Translations under genes and position numbers: made by a program
Source of the DNA: a virus
DNA length: 64,000 bases
Virus record (IMG/VR): IMGVR_UViG_3300031552_000002
Span: 1-64,000 of that record
Strand: one strand, 5' to 3'
In this document: positions 1 to 9,622 of the stretch, piece after piece
How positions within the stretch are numbered: the first letter of the stretch is position 1
Layout: each line of letters opens with the position of its first letter
The notes under the pieces: generated by a model
What the model was told of the DNA's origin: nothing
What the model saw: only the letters and a program-made list of their open reading frames with translations
The model's database searches: none

Positions 1-37
1 CACTGCCTGGCACCACGGTCGTCTGGCCTGTTCGTAT

Positions 38-298
38 TCAGCGCTTCCGGTGCTCATGCTCATAGGATGCGACGAGCAAGCCTATGAGCACCGAATAGAA
101 GAACACTGAGAACCCCATGATGAGAATCCACCTGGCCATTCCCAGGGACCAAGAGATCTCGGCGAGGAAAGCGAGCCCCGGAACCCCGATAGCAACTGCT
201 GCCGTCGGGGGTGATGCGAGGGGGAACCCGCACCATTTGCAGGTGAGAAAGGAGCTGATGGCTCCAGCGAGAACTAGCGCCAAGAATGTTGTCAGCAC
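38..298 (-). CDS. small membrane protein
   Basis: Hydrophobic segments; GTG at 298 overlaps the end of the upstream ORF. Confidence 0.45.
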   Translation of the reverse strand: MLTTFLALVLAGAISSFLTCKWCGFPLASPPTAAVAIGVPGLAFLAEISWSLGMARWILIMGFSVFFYSVLIGLLVASYEHEHRKR

Positions 299-780
299 GT
301 GTTTCCTTCCTTGGTGATCCAGCCGGCGAGGGCGGCGAGGTCCTCGGCCTGGTGCTTGTCCCAGAGGGACGGGAGTCCCTGGGTTGAGAGGCGGCCCTGG
401 GGGGCTGGGGCCCATCCGAGGGCGGCCCAGCGGTTCCACGTGTTCCGCTGGGCCGATGGCCAACGTTCGCTGATCTGCTGCCAGGTGATGAGGCCGAGGC
501 TCTCTGCCTCGTGGGGGAGGATCAGGGGCAGGTCGCTGTCTTGCTGCTGGATGCCCCAGGGTGGGGTGCTGAGGCTCCTGCCCCAGTTCGGGCGTGGTTC
601 TCTGGGGCGGCGGCGGGCTGCGGCCAGGGCCTTAAGGTCGCTGGTGGTGTAGGTCCACCTGTTGTCGGCGGTTTTTTCCCCGATGACCAGTCCTCGGCGG
701 CGGGCCTCGTAGGCTGCCTTGACGAAGGTGGCGTAGGCGAGCCCTGCGCGGACGGCGGCCTCGCGGCCGGTGAGGGTCAT
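292..780 (-). CDS. putative DNA-binding protein with two MerR/Xis-like HTH modules
   Basis: LTGREAAVRAGL..TF and LITWQQI..TWNRW..APAP patterns; overlaps upstream stop. Confidence 0.5.
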   Translation of the reverse strand: MTLTGREAAVRAGLAYATFVKAAYEARRRGLVIGEKTADNRWTYTTSDLKALAAARRRPREPRPNWGRSLSTPPWGIQQQDSDLPLILPHEAESLGLITWQQISERWPSAQRNTWNRWAALGWAPAPQGRLSTQGLPSLWDKHQAEDLAALAGWITKEGNTC

Positions 781-1616
781 AGGGTGCGCCCGTTCTCGGT
801 CCAGTGCTCGTCCTCGGCGCGTAGGGCGCTGACCAGGTCGGGGAGCGCGTCGGCGATTGGCCCGAGGACGCGCCAGTCGAGTCGAGGGACGGCCTCGGCG
901 ATGGCTGCCGCGTACTCGGCCGCGATCTCACGAGACAGAAACCCCAAGCGGAGGGCCCGTCCAGAGCCGGTGATAACCGCGTAGGTAGGGACGGAAAGCG
1001 TCGGGTCACAGATGCGGATGTACAGCCCCCTGGCCGTGGTGGGCCAGGCGAGGACCCAGTAGTAATGGTGTTCCTCTGGGTTCGAGTCTCTGGTGAGAAC
1101 CCTGACCGGGGTCAGGCCCCGGTCGTCCTGGCCGAGTTCGACTGCGCAGGCGATACGCACCGCACCGGTGATGATCACGTCGCTGTGGTCTCGGCTGGCC
1201 TGCTCTGGGGTGGTGGGGGTCCCGGAGTTCGTGAGGGCCTCGGCGAGCGCCAGAGCGATCGCCTCCTCGAACCCTGCCGTGTCGAGGATGTCGCCGGGCC
1301 CCTGTGTCTCGGGGTGGAGCCCCGTTGTGGGGGGAGCGGCGAGGTGCGCGGCGAGCGCTGTCTGAGCCGACCGGAGTTCTCTCCGGCGCTGGTCGGTGAT
1401 CAGCCACACTGGCGGGGAATGGGCGTCGTCATAGAAGACAACGGCTTCTTCGACGGCGTGTTTCCCTCCGGGAAGAGCGTCGGCGAGGTGGGAGGCGAGG
1501 TCCTTGGCGTCCCAGGCGTACCGTTTCCACGTGGTACGGCCGTCGGCGTCGGTCTCCTCGGTCCAGTGGTGGCGTGGCCCGTAGGGGTGCCTAGACCTGT
1601 AGGGGTTTCTGGTCAT
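777..1616 (-). CDS. hypothetical phage protein
   Basis: 279 aa ORF with GAGAGGACACACC RBS. Confidence 0.6.
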   Translation of the reverse strand: MTRNPYRSRHPYGPRHHWTEETDADGRTTWKRYAWDAKDLASHLADALPGGKHAVEEAVVFYDDAHSPPVWLITDQRRRELRSAQTALAAHLAAPPTTGLHPETQGPGDILDTAGFEEAIALALAEALTNSGTPTTPEQASRDHSDVIITGAVRIACAVELGQDDRGLTPVRVLTRDSNPEEHHYYWVLAWPTTARGLYIRICDPTLSVPTYAVITGSGRALRLGFLSREIAAEYAAAIAEAVPRLDWRVLGPIADALPDLVSALRAEDEHWTENGRTL

Positions 1617-1634
1617 GGTGTGTCCTCTCGGCTT

Positions 1635-2117
1635 TCAGGGGCAGGACAGTGCTGAGTAGTCCGGGAAGATCCGGGCAGCGACAACGTCTGTGCTGCCGAT
1701 GCGCTGCGAGACCACGATCTTGTTTCCGGCGTGCTCTGCGGCGAATCCCGTGGATGCTAGTTCGACCAGCATGTTTCTGGTCGTCTCAGATGTTTTCTGG
1801 CTGTACCTGGTGACGATGTTGAGGTGTCCTTCCACGGTGAGGGAAACCGTTCTCACGGTGAGAACCTTTTCGATCGCTGCCGTGACCTCACGGACGAGGG
1901 CCGTTACGACGAGCGGTGCCCGGTGGACGATGGGACACGGACCGCGGTGTGCTGGCCCGCCGTTCAGGAAGTAGATGCCGGGGCGCCTTCTCAGGTAGTA
2001 GGTGCCAGGACGCAGCAGGTAGTACGTCGTCCTGGTCTCTTGCCGCGCAGTCCAGGGGCCGGGCAGGGCGGCCTCGGCGGCCTCAGCCCACGACGAGTAG
2101 ACGTCGGAGCGGTTCAC
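1635..2117 (-). CDS. hypothetical protein
   Basis: GTG at 2117 overlaps the stop of 2114..2620. Confidence 0.5.
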   Translation of the reverse strand: MNRSDVYSSWAEAAEAALPGPWTARQETRTTYYLLRPGTYYLRRRPGIYFLNGGPAHRGPCPIVHRAPLVVTALVREVTAAIEKVLTVRTVSLTVEGHLNIVTRYSQKTSETTRNMLVELASTGFAAEHAGNKIVVSQRIGSTDVVAARIFPDYSALSCP

Positions 2118-2620
2118 CGGCGGCCGTCCGGCCCGTCGTCCGGCCCGTAGGTGAACGGCGGATGCACGTGGCAGGCGACCGGTAGGCCGCAGCGCGGGCA
2201 TGAAGGGTCAGTGGCCTTACTCGTACAGGAGCACGGCCAGGACGAGAGCACCAGAAGCGACACCTCCCGGTACTCGGCCCGTATCGCGGACAGGGTCTCT
2301 GCCGTCACCGTGAACCCGGCATCAGCGAGCGCGCCGGTCACCTTCCCGCCGGAGTCAGGGTCGGAGGGCCAGACCCCGACCTCGACCTCGACTGTCAGCC
2401 GGCCTCCCTCGCCGGTGTAGAGGTCGAGGCTGAGGACGGCGAGTTCCTCTTTCGAGGCCAGGTGGGTGAGCACTGTGGTCAGGTCGTCGGCGTGTGCTGG
2501 TGGAACCAGGCAGTTTCTGATTGATTCCAGGTGGTAGCCGTTGTCACCGGCCCGCTTCCAGATTGACCAGTAGTTTCGGACTCCTGCTGTTTCGATGGCG
2601 GCTGCCAGTGTTTGCATCAC
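2114..2620 (-). CDS. hypothetical protein, partial paralogue of 2617..3426
   Basis: Shared motif DPDSGG(K/R)(V/T)T(G/A)ALADAG; GGAGGAGG RBS. Confidence 0.6.
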   Translation of the reverse strand: MMQTLAAAIETAGVRNYWSIWKRAGDNGYHLESIRNCLVPPAHADDLTTVLTHLASKEELAVLSLDLYTGEGGRLTVEVEVGVWPSDPDSGGKVTGALADAGFTVTAETLSAIRAEYREVSLLVLSSWPCSCTSKATDPSCPRCGLPVACHVHPPFTYGPDDGPDGRR

Positions 2621-3426
2621 GCCTCCTCCCTCGTGATTTCTCCGGTCGTGTCGAGCTTGAAGTAGCGGGTCTTCGGGTCGTCCGGGTACTTCAGGGCGAA
2701 GGCGATTTTCCCGCGCGGGCGGGCGGCCGGTTCTCCGACGAGCGTCGCGCCGAGTGCTTCAGCGATAACGAAGAACAGGCGGCCTTCGACATTGGCACCT
2801 GCGGCCCGGGAGAGGTCGTCGAGGGTGACCGGCGCTACCGGAGCGCTGACGTGCCTGTCGGTACGCAGGAAGTCGGCGAACCTGAACTTCCCACCCAGGG
2901 CGCGGCTTAAGACCCGGGACAGAAGGACCGGCCCCGGACCTTCCATGACCCTGCTGGGAGTGGCGGTGAGGATCGCGTACCCGGGTGGTGTAGGGATGTT
3001 TATAGCCCAGGGGGCGTGTTCCTGGGGCGGCTCAGGGGTCAACCCGGCGTCGGCGAGCGCGGCGGTTGTTCTCCCGCCGGAGTCGGGGTCTGTTCCGGGT
3101 ACCTCGCAGGCGAACCGCACGTTTACCGGGCTCATCCCGACCGAGGTTACGGCTGCGATCTTGAAGCCGATCCGGCCGAGGGCCAGCTCGATGACTTCGA
3201 TGGTTTCGAGGGTCTGAGCTGGTATCCCAGCGGTTCCGTTGTGCTGGGGGATGGCTTCTGCGCTCTGGTAGTGAGAGCGCCCACCGACGGTGCCGGGGAG
3301 ACGGGTGATGGCCCATCCCCCGATGGCTGGGGCGACGTCCCGTGCCGCTGCGCTGATGCTGGGGTAGGTGTCCAAGGCGTTCCCCTCGTGGAGTTGGGGC
3401 CGGCGCCCGCCCTGGTCAGTGGTCAC
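2617..3426 (-). CDS. hypothetical protein
   Basis: ORF downstream of the promoter copy at 3460-3488; start uncertain. Confidence 0.55.
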   Translation of the reverse strand: MTTDQGGRRPQLHEGNALDTYPSISAAARDVAPAIGGWAITRLPGTVGGRSHYQSAEAIPQHNGTAGIPAQTLETIEVIELALGRIGFKIAAVTSVGMSPVNVRFACEVPGTDPDSGGRTTAALADAGLTPEPPQEHAPWAINIPTPPGYAILTATPSRVMEGPGPVLLSRVLSRALGGKFRFADFLRTDRHVSAPVAPVTLDDLSRAAGANVEGRLFFVIAEALGATLVGEPAARPRGKIAFALKYPDDPKTRYFKLDTTGEITREEA

Positions 3427-3459
3427 GGGGCGGGCGCCGGTGGCTTGTGGTGTACCCAC

Positions 3460-3488
3460 ATAGTGTCACGTCCTGTAGGCCGTGTCAA
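3460..3488 (-). promoter_or_regulatory. repeated sigmaA/HrdB-type promoter
   Basis: TTGACA-N14-TGA-CACTAT, 17-nt spacer. Confidence 0.7.
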
Positions 3489-4480
3489 TCGTTTCCCGAG
3501 GAGCCCTCACCGACTGAGACCCCCTGGGCCCGCCCCCACCGGACTATGACGTCTCCCAGCCGGTAGATCGGCTGACCGGCGGCGTTGTACCCCGCTGGGC
3601 GCAGCCCACCGCCGGACCTCGCATCACGAGACACCCACCCGCGGATCATCGCCGGAGTCACCGACCTCAACCCCGTCGTCATCGCCGCCGCTATCTGCCG
3701 CGCCGTCAGCATCCGGTCCTCAGCCTCCCTCAGCCGGGCGTCCCTCGCCGTCACGACGTCCACCGTCGTCCGGCATCCCCGACACTCCACCACCACGGCC
3801 CCACGCTGGGCCGTCAACGCACGTCCGCAGGACGGGCACGGTCCGACAGTGGATTCCGGCTGCTCCACGTCCACGACACGGACCGCGACACCAACCGCCC
3901 TGAGAACCTCACGGTGAGCCTCCCCGGCCCACGGACGCTGACGCACCAGCTGCACCCGGGCAGCGAGCCACCGCGCCGGATCACGACCCGGGTCCGTCCC
4001 GGTATCCGAGGCCAGAGCCCTCGACCAATGGCGGACAGCAAGCGCGAGACCGGTCCGGGCGTCGAGGGCCGCCGTATCCAGGGGCGAAGACTGTTCCGAG
4101 GCCGTGAGCTCGGCGTGAAGGACAATCTCCCGGACGTAGGGGTAACCGAGGGCCTCAGCGGTGGCAGCCACGGCTTCAGGGTCCCACCACCCGCCGGGGC
4201 CAGGGGTAAACCCCAGGCCGGAGGCTGTCTCGGTGAAGTCTTCGATACCGGTCGAGGTCAGAGTCGTTACCTCAGCGGTGCCGAGACGTAGGGGCGCTTG
4301 GGGCAGGACGGGGCCGGGATTCTTCCTGGTGGCCTGCCGAGCAAGGTTCGTCTCCAGGTCTCGCAGGAGCCCAGCAGCAGAGTCGAGGGCAACGGCGAGG
4401 TTCCTGGAACAGGGACGGCAGATAGTTCCGCCGGGGTCTGCTGCTCCGCAGGCTTCACAGGACCGGTCACTATTCGTCAC
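3485..4480 (-). CDS. actinophage protein with Zn ribbons and C-terminal HTH
   Basis: CxxC..CxxC at the N-terminus, GPCPSC..CRGC, C-terminal LTARQIA..IRGW..PIYRLGDV. Confidence 0.65.
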   Translation of the reverse strand: MTNSDRSCEACGAADPGGTICRPCSRNLAVALDSAAGLLRDLETNLARQATRKNPGPVLPQAPLRLGTAEVTTLTSTGIEDFTETASGLGFTPGPGGWWDPEAVAATAEALGYPYVREIVLHAELTASEQSSPLDTAALDARTGLALAVRHWSRALASDTGTDPGRDPARWLAARVQLVRQRPWAGEAHREVLRAVGVAVRVVDVEQPESTVGPCPSCGRALTAQRGAVVVECRGCRTTVDVVTARDARLREAEDRMLTARQIAAAMTTGLRSVTPAMIRGWVSRDARSGGGLRPAGYNAAGQPIYRLGDVIVRWGRAQGVSVGEGSSGND

Positions 4481-4631
4481 AGAAAGTAATCTTAAGTGTC
4501 TGCTGGTGACCGTGAGGGCACGAACCGTCCGGTGTCGAGCACCAACCCGCAGAGCCCGGAACAGTCCAGGGCAGGACCGCCAACAGCCCAACAGGACGCG
4601 CCAAGACAACGCAGCTCGGTACGGTACTGGG

Positions 4632-4916
4632 GTGGGAACCGCAGAACGGCAGCTACGCTCCGACCAGATCAAGGCCGGTCTCGCCCGGAGACGAGCAGCA
4701 GGAGCCATCCTCGGAAGGCCAAGGGCCATCTCCGATACGGCCCTGGACCTGATCCTGGGACAGACCGCGGCCGGGGTCTCACCCTGGAGAATCGCCCGGA
4801 CACTGAACGAAACCGGAGTCCCCACCATCCGGGGCGGGGCTGCCTGGTCGCCGTCCACGATCCGGGGTGTTCTCTGCTCCAGCTACGTCCGGCGTCTCAC
4901 CCAGAGACAGCGCTAG
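4632..4916 (+). CDS. truncated serine recombinase (E-helix plus DNA-binding domain, no catalytic domain)
   Basis: ERQLRSDQIKAGLARRRAAGAILGRP and IARTLNETGVPTIRGGAAWSPSTI; start uncertain. Confidence 0.6.
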   Translation: MGTAERQLRSDQIKAGLARRRAAGAILGRPRAISDTALDLILGQTAAGVSPWRIARTLNETGVPTIRGGAAWSPSTIRGVLCSSYVRRLTQRQR

Positions 4917-4976
4917 GGACGCCTGCGGGCCCCGCCGCATCGCCGAACCGGGGCCCGCACCAGTAATCATCCCACG

Positions 4977-5291
4977 TCAGGGGTCCTGCCGCGGGGCTCT
5001 TCGCAGCCCCAGCAGCCGCTCCCGGGCCTCGATGATTTCCTTCGCGAGTTTCGTAGCGGCAGGGTCCTCTCCGGACGTTGCTCGCTGCCACAGGCCGACG
5101 AGGAGCCTGTCCAGGCGATCGGCGTCGAGGTCCCGCTCATCCTCGACCCGGACCATGCCACCACTGGCCGAGCGGACGTCGTCACGGACGGCGTCCGCGT
5201 CCTCGTAGCCCAAGACCTGTGCGATCTGCCGGAGAGACACTCCGGCGCGGCGCATCGACAGGGCGCGGTCCGCGCGGTCGCCCTCGGTCAT
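4977..5291 (-). CDS. HTH protein, terminase small subunit-like
   Basis: ALSMRRAGVSLRQIAQVLGY..DRLDRLLVGLW..RERLLGL; ATGA overlap with the upstream gene. Confidence 0.55.
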   Translation of the reverse strand: MTEGDRADRALSMRRAGVSLRQIAQVLGYEDADAVRDDVRSASGGMVRVEDERDLDADRLDRLLVGLWQRATSGEDPAATKLAKEIIEARERLLGLRRAPRQDP

Positions 5292-6151
5292 CGCGGTTTC
5301 CGATAGACCCCGGAAACGATCTTCGGGACGGTTCTTCCCCAATCAATGTGGTGGTGGTACCGCTGATATTTAGACGGCATGATGGAGACATGCACGCTCG
5401 AAGGGTGCATCATGACGGTGTAGAAACTTTTAACGTACGTTCCGGATCCCTCGTAGATGCCAGTCATCCCACCGGAACCCTCCTGTGTGTCTGTTTGGTC
5501 GAGCTGTAGTCTAAGGATCGTCAAGAATATTCGCCCGCGTGATCCTTCAGTGACGTAAGTGTTGACGTCCTCATTGATTCTGCCCACGAAGGTGATGTCA
5601 GCTGTTGAGGGGATGAACAACGAGTTCATTGCCTTGCGTTTTACCTCTTTGGGGAATCCTCCCCTGATACCACCCAGCGCGTCTCCGCCCTGACAGAACG
5701 CAATAACACTGGATGGTGGAAGCGTGTCAAGAAAATCTAGCATCGCCTTAAAAACACCGTCCAGCGACCTTATTACGATACCCCTCAACACGCCACCATC
5801 ATCGACATAGCGGTAGGTGAAAGTGGTGTAGTCATCGTCGAGTTGCAGGTGATAATCCAGGCCGAGATCACGGGCCGCACGGACAGCAGCGTTACGGGCG
5901 AAAACCACTGCCCTACGGTCACCCGTATTGTCGGCAAGATCGAATGTTTGAGCTATTTTTTCCTTGTCGAATACCAGTACGTTCTCGGCCCCAAACTTTT
6001 CCCGATAGGCATCGTCGTCAGGATCCTCGTTGTCAATCAGGATATAAGTGCGGCCAGTGTACCCACAGTTTTTTAGGGCGCGATGCGTTGACATGGTGTG
6101 GGCGCGGCCATGAGAAAGAATGAAGACCGCGAACTTACTGTGATCACCCAC
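5288..6151 (-). CDS. GREB1-like / TET-associated-type glycosyltransferase
   Basis: FILSHGRA, ARN, LDDD, GRINEDV, YVKSFY motifs; visibly more AT-rich than flanks. Confidence 0.7.
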   Translation of the reverse strand: MGDHSKFAVFILSHGRAHTMSTHRALKNCGYTGRTYILIDNEDPDDDAYREKFGAENVLVFDKEKIAQTFDLADNTGDRRAVVFARNAAVRAARDLGLDYHLQLDDDYTTFTYRYVDDGGVLRGIVIRSLDGVFKAMLDFLDTLPPSSVIAFCQGGDALGGIRGGFPKEVKRKAMNSLFIPSTADITFVGRINEDVNTYVTEGSRGRIFLTILRLQLDQTDTQEGSGGMTGIYEGSGTYVKSFYTVMMHPSSVHVSIMPSKYQRYHHHIDWGRTVPKIVSGVYRKPR

Positions 6152-7010
6152 CGTCCGCCTCCGAGTCCGACTCTGGGCCGTGGTCCCCATTCCTTAGGTC
6201 GAGTAGCCGCTGCGTCAGCTTCAGATACCCATTTCTTATGGCGTCATCATCATCTACGATCACGAGGGCTGACTCCTCCATGAGTCGCTGCACCTCCGAC
6301 GTCGCGTGAGCGTAGAATTCGGCAGCTTTCCCGTAGTCGAAGACGGTGTGCCGCGCTGCTGCTGCCAGCAGATACTCACGGACGTCATCATCTAGGTCCG
6401 CGGCCCGGATCTCTTCCCGGAGCGCGTCAGCTTTAGCCTCCTCGCGTAGCTCCGATACGGCCGGTTTGGCCCCAGTAATTTCGTATTGGGGAACATTCAC
6501 GGCAGTCGTGTAGGGGTTCCCCTCCTCCCCCGGGAGGAGATAACCGGGGCCAGAATCCACGTCATCGAGTCCCAGGAGGAGCTCGGCGGCGTCATCAGCG
6601 TCCCAGCCAGCGAGCGCGAGAAGGTCTGCTTCCCGCAGATCATCCAGAACGTCAGCGAGAGCGTGAGTGTCCCATCCTCCGAGTTCGGTGATCCGATTCG
6701 AACCGATGAGGTACGCCTCAGCATCAGCGTCTGATCTTGACGACCAGCCGGTGATGACTGGGATCAGCCACCCACCGGAGTCGTCCACGATCACGCCGTC
6801 CGGCGGGTGGTCCCCGGCGTCGCGCATCGCTACCAGCTGCGCATACCGTCCGTGCCCTGCCACGAGTCTTCCGGTGCGCCCGTCCAGGAGCGGGAGCTCG
6901 GCGAGCCCGTGATGCGAGATGGACCGCTGGATTTCCTCACCAGCATGAGCCTTGGGGTTCCGCTCGGCACCCCTGATCTGGTCCATCGGCAGATGTTCGA
7001 CTTGCCGCAT
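6144..7010 (-). CDS. ParB-N domain protein with a conserved phage C-terminal domain
   Basis: RNPKAH, LVAGHGR, NRITELGGWD; C-terminal RHTVFDY..AEFYAH..MEESALVIVD. Confidence 0.75.
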   Translation of the reverse strand: MRQVEHLPMDQIRGAERNPKAHAGEEIQRSISHHGLAELPLLDGRTGRLVAGHGRYAQLVAMRDAGDHPPDGVIVDDSGGWLIPVITGWSSRSDADAEAYLIGSNRITELGGWDTHALADVLDDLREADLLALAGWDADDAAELLLGLDDVDSGPGYLLPGEEGNPYTTAVNVPQYEITGAKPAVSELREEAKADALREEIRAADLDDDVREYLLAAAARHTVFDYGKAAEFYAHATSEVQRLMEESALVIVDDDDAIRNGYLKLTQRLLDLRNGDHGPESDSEADGG

Positions 7011-7096
7011 TGAACGCCTCCCCAGGCTAGGACTACCTGGCACGGTAGCGGCCGGTCACCGACTGTCAGTAACCGGCCGCCTACGCTGACGCCGTC

Positions 7097-7333
7097 CTAG
7101 CCCCGTCGCCCGGAGGAGGCCCTGAGAGTGATCCACCGGCGTTCCGCCGGGGCGTGCCCTCCACCAGAGTCCACGCAGAGAAGCGACAGGCCATAGCCCC
7201 CGCCCGGGCTTCCAACGCCCAAAGTGATCTTCCAGGTGGCGCCGTCGATGACGACCTCGCCGGTGTCGGACAGGGCTAGGGCCGCTGCCTCGGCGACGCT
7301 GGCAGCGAATCGCAGACCGGCTGGGGATGTCAC
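7097..7333 (-). CDS. hypothetical protein
   Basis: Short ORF in the operon, GAGG RBS. Confidence 0.4.
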   Translation of the reverse strand: MTSPAGLRFAASVAEAAALALSDTGEVVIDGATWKITLGVGSPGGGYGLSLLCVDSGGGHAPAERRWITLRASSGRRG

Positions 7334-7342
7334 GGATCTACC

Positions 7343-8155
7343 TCATCCTTCAGTTATGGTGTCGCTGGGGGCGGTCCCCGAGGCTCCTGCTATCCCCCCC
7401 CGGTAGGCAGCAGCCTCACCGTGGGCCCCTGCCCGTCCTGTCGCATCCCCCCCGCGGCGGACCAGCGGCAGGGGCCCACCGCTTTCAGGCTGTGGCAGGG
7501 GCCCGACCATGGTCCAGGACCCGGCATACTCCCAGTGCCGGGGTATTCCACGTGGGTCTCCCCGGTGCACGACGTCCCACAGGGTTGCCGCCCAGCGGGC
7601 GTCTCCGCCGGCGGTGTGCCTGGACCCGGGTCCAGGCGGTTCGACTCCGAGGGCCCTCGACAGGACCGCCGAGTCATACGGCGGGGTCAGGACGCGGCGG
7701 ATCCCGTCCCGCACGACACCCGGCAACGCCAGCAGCCGCTCCAGCGCCCGGAGATATCCGACCGCTGCCGTTTCAACATCCTGGACGTGGTAGTGCCAGG
7801 GAGGTGTGAACCCGGGGAGAGACTGGCGGAGAACCCTTTCATCGAAGCAGGGAACTGCCCCTATCAGCATCGGCTTCTGGCCGTCCGGTCCTGGGGCAAA
7901 GATCTGCTCCAGCCAGATGACTGCCTCGGTCTTGGTGAGGGCGGTTTCAGGGTTGTAGCGGGCCTCGTAATCTTCCCGGAACGCCCGGGGCAGCCGCTTG
8001 TAGTCATCCGGGTCGTTGGGCTGGACGAAGGTGGAAGCCACCTCCCCAGGGCCGTAGTACGGGTCCCACGGGCAAGCAGCGATTTCCCAGACGGACGCCT
8101 GGTAGTCGAGGCCCGTAGTCTCAGTATCAAGAGAGATCACTCTGGTGCTGGTCAT
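7343..8155 (-). CDS. DEDDh 3'-5' exonuclease
   Basis: SLDTETTGLD, PCFD, HTAGGDA. Confidence 0.8.
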   Translation of the reverse strand: MTSTRVISLDTETTGLDYQASVWEIAACPWDPYYGPGEVASTFVQPNDPDDYKRLPRAFREDYEARYNPETALTKTEAVIWLEQIFAPGPDGQKPMLIGAVPCFDERVLRQSLPGFTPPWHYHVQDVETAAVGYLRALERLLALPGVVRDGIRRVLTPPYDSAVLSRALGVEPPGPGSRHTAGGDARWAATLWDVVHRGDPRGIPRHWEYAGSWTMVGPLPQPESGGPLPLVRRGGDATGRAGAHGEAAAYRGGIAGASGTAPSDTITEG

Positions 8156-8397
8156 GCTTGGTCCTCCTCGTCGAAATGGTGGCTCACCGTCACTTTGAGC
8201 GAGGCGTCGCTACTCAGGACGTTCCCGACGAACACGGCGAGCGCAGCTGAGACGTCCAGCGGGCGGTCTGAGGCGACCACCAGGGAGGGGCGTTCCCCAA
8301 CTCTGATCATGGTTACTGCTCCGGCGCGAGTGATGGGCCATCATCCCGGTCAGGATGGAAGCCTCGGCCAGAACTCGGCGCAGTATTGGGGAGTCCA

Positions 8398-8838
8398 TCA
8401 GCTCTTCCTCTTTCTCCGGAGGACCTCGGCGATCCCGGCCTCGGCCCTTTCTGCGCGCCAGCAGGAGGGGTGTCCTTTCCTGCTGACATCGGCGCGGGGG
8501 AAGAGCCCGCGGCAGACCCAGGTCGGGATGGTCTTCCTGTCCACGGCGATCCCGGCTGCGGACAAGGCAGCGATGATCTCGACCGAGGTCACATGCCCGG
8601 GAGGGACCGTGGTCCTTGTGGCGAGCCCGGCCGGACGTCCCCGTGGCTTGCTCGGGCGCTTCACCCAGGCGTCGATGTCCTCGGGACGGTACAGCTTGAT
8701 GCGGCCGACCGTGGCCGCTGGGACGAGCCCACTTCTCTGCGCGTATTGGTAGAAAGTGTTCACCGCCAGGCGTGCCCGTCTAGCTGCTTTTTGTGAGGTG
8801 AGAAGCCCCTCGGTACCGGGCGGGAGGGGTGTTGTCAT
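8398..8838 (-). CDS. tandem HTH (MerR/Xis-like) DNA-binding protein
   Basis: LLTSQKAA..NTFY..LYRPEDIDAW plus second module TIPTWVCRG. Confidence 0.7.
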   Translation of the reverse strand: MTTPLPPGTEGLLTSQKAARRARLAVNTFYQYAQRSGLVPAATVGRIKLYRPEDIDAWVKRPSKPRGRPAGLATRTTVPPGHVTSVEIIAALSAAGIAVDRKTIPTWVCRGLFPRADVSRKGHPSCWRAERAEAGIAEVLRRKRKS

Positions 8839-8880
8839 GGCGTGGTCCTTCCTTGTGCTCCCCGAACGGGTGACGACAAC

Positions 8881-8909
8881 ATTGTGTCACATCGCGTAGG
8901 TTCTGTCAC
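8881..8909 (-). promoter_or_regulatory. repeated promoter, variant
   Basis: GTGACA-N14-TGA-CACAAT. Confidence 0.55.
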
Positions 8910-9622
8910 CCGTCGGAGTCGAGAGCCCGCCCCAGCAGCAGCCGCACCCACTGCGGCGAAGACAGAAACTCCGCCCCAGCAGCCGCCACCACCCGCCCCC
9001 ACAGCTCATCCGGGACCACCACATGACGACGTCGTCCTGCCGGCAGACACCGGCCAGACACCCCCAACTCCAATAACCGGCGCCTCACCGCTGACGCGGA
9101 TACCCCCAGCCCAGACTCCGCCGACAACCGGCGGGCCATCACCTCATGCGACATCCCGGCCGCACGCCACGACACGAGATCCCCCGGGCCACCGGCCAGG
9201 ACCAGGCCCTCGGTCTCAGCAGCACGCACACCACCGGAAATAACCCACCTGATCCACGCCGACCGGGACACCTGCGCCTCATTAGCTGCTTCCTGCGCTC
9301 CTGCCCAGTAATGCTCGGGTAGCCCGATGATCCGCGTCTCCAGCCCCCGAGGTTTTCGATGGCGGGCCCTCAGGAGGTACTGCTTAAGGGCACCGAGAGC
9401 CTCAGGGGTCCCACACCTCAGGAGGAGAGCCGATGCTTCCTCAGCGCAGACGGTCTGCCACCGGTCGCCCTGCTGGAGGATCCAACGCCCCTTCGCGGTC
9501 CGCCACAGGACCCGACCGTCGAGGTCGAATCTCTGTGCCGTGTCCGTCTCGAACCAATGGGTTCCGCGACGGCTCCGCTCCTGCCACGGGACGGCCTGGT
9601 CGTGCCAGCTGAGGCGTGTCAC
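8906..9622 (-). CDS. hypothetical protein, possible ribbon-helix-helix repeats
   Basis: GGAGGGAG RBS; two LP..W..A..A..S.S.W(I/V)R segments. Confidence 0.5.
   Translation of the reverse strand: MTRLSWHDQAVPWQERSRRGTHWFETDTAQRFDLDGRVLWRTAKGRWILQQGDRWQTVCAEEASALLLRCGTPEALGALKQYLLRARHRKPRGLETRIIGLPEHYWAGAQEAANEAQVSRSAWIRWVISGGVRAAETEGLVLAGGPGDLVSWRAAGMSHEVMARRLSAESGLGVSASAVRRRLLELGVSGRCLPAGRRRHVVVPDELWGRVVAAAGAEFLSSPQWVRLLLGRALDSDG

Noticed and set aside
4161-4916. Phage integrase or DNA invertase
   Set aside because: No catalytic serine domain; the upstream part overlaps a real minus-strand gene.
7421-8752. 443-aa plus-strand ORF (also 21094..22395, 21251..22579, 22392..23756, 38770..39999, 52693..53958, 55525..56910)
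   Set aside because: Shadow ORFs opposite well-supported genes, expected in high-GC DNA.
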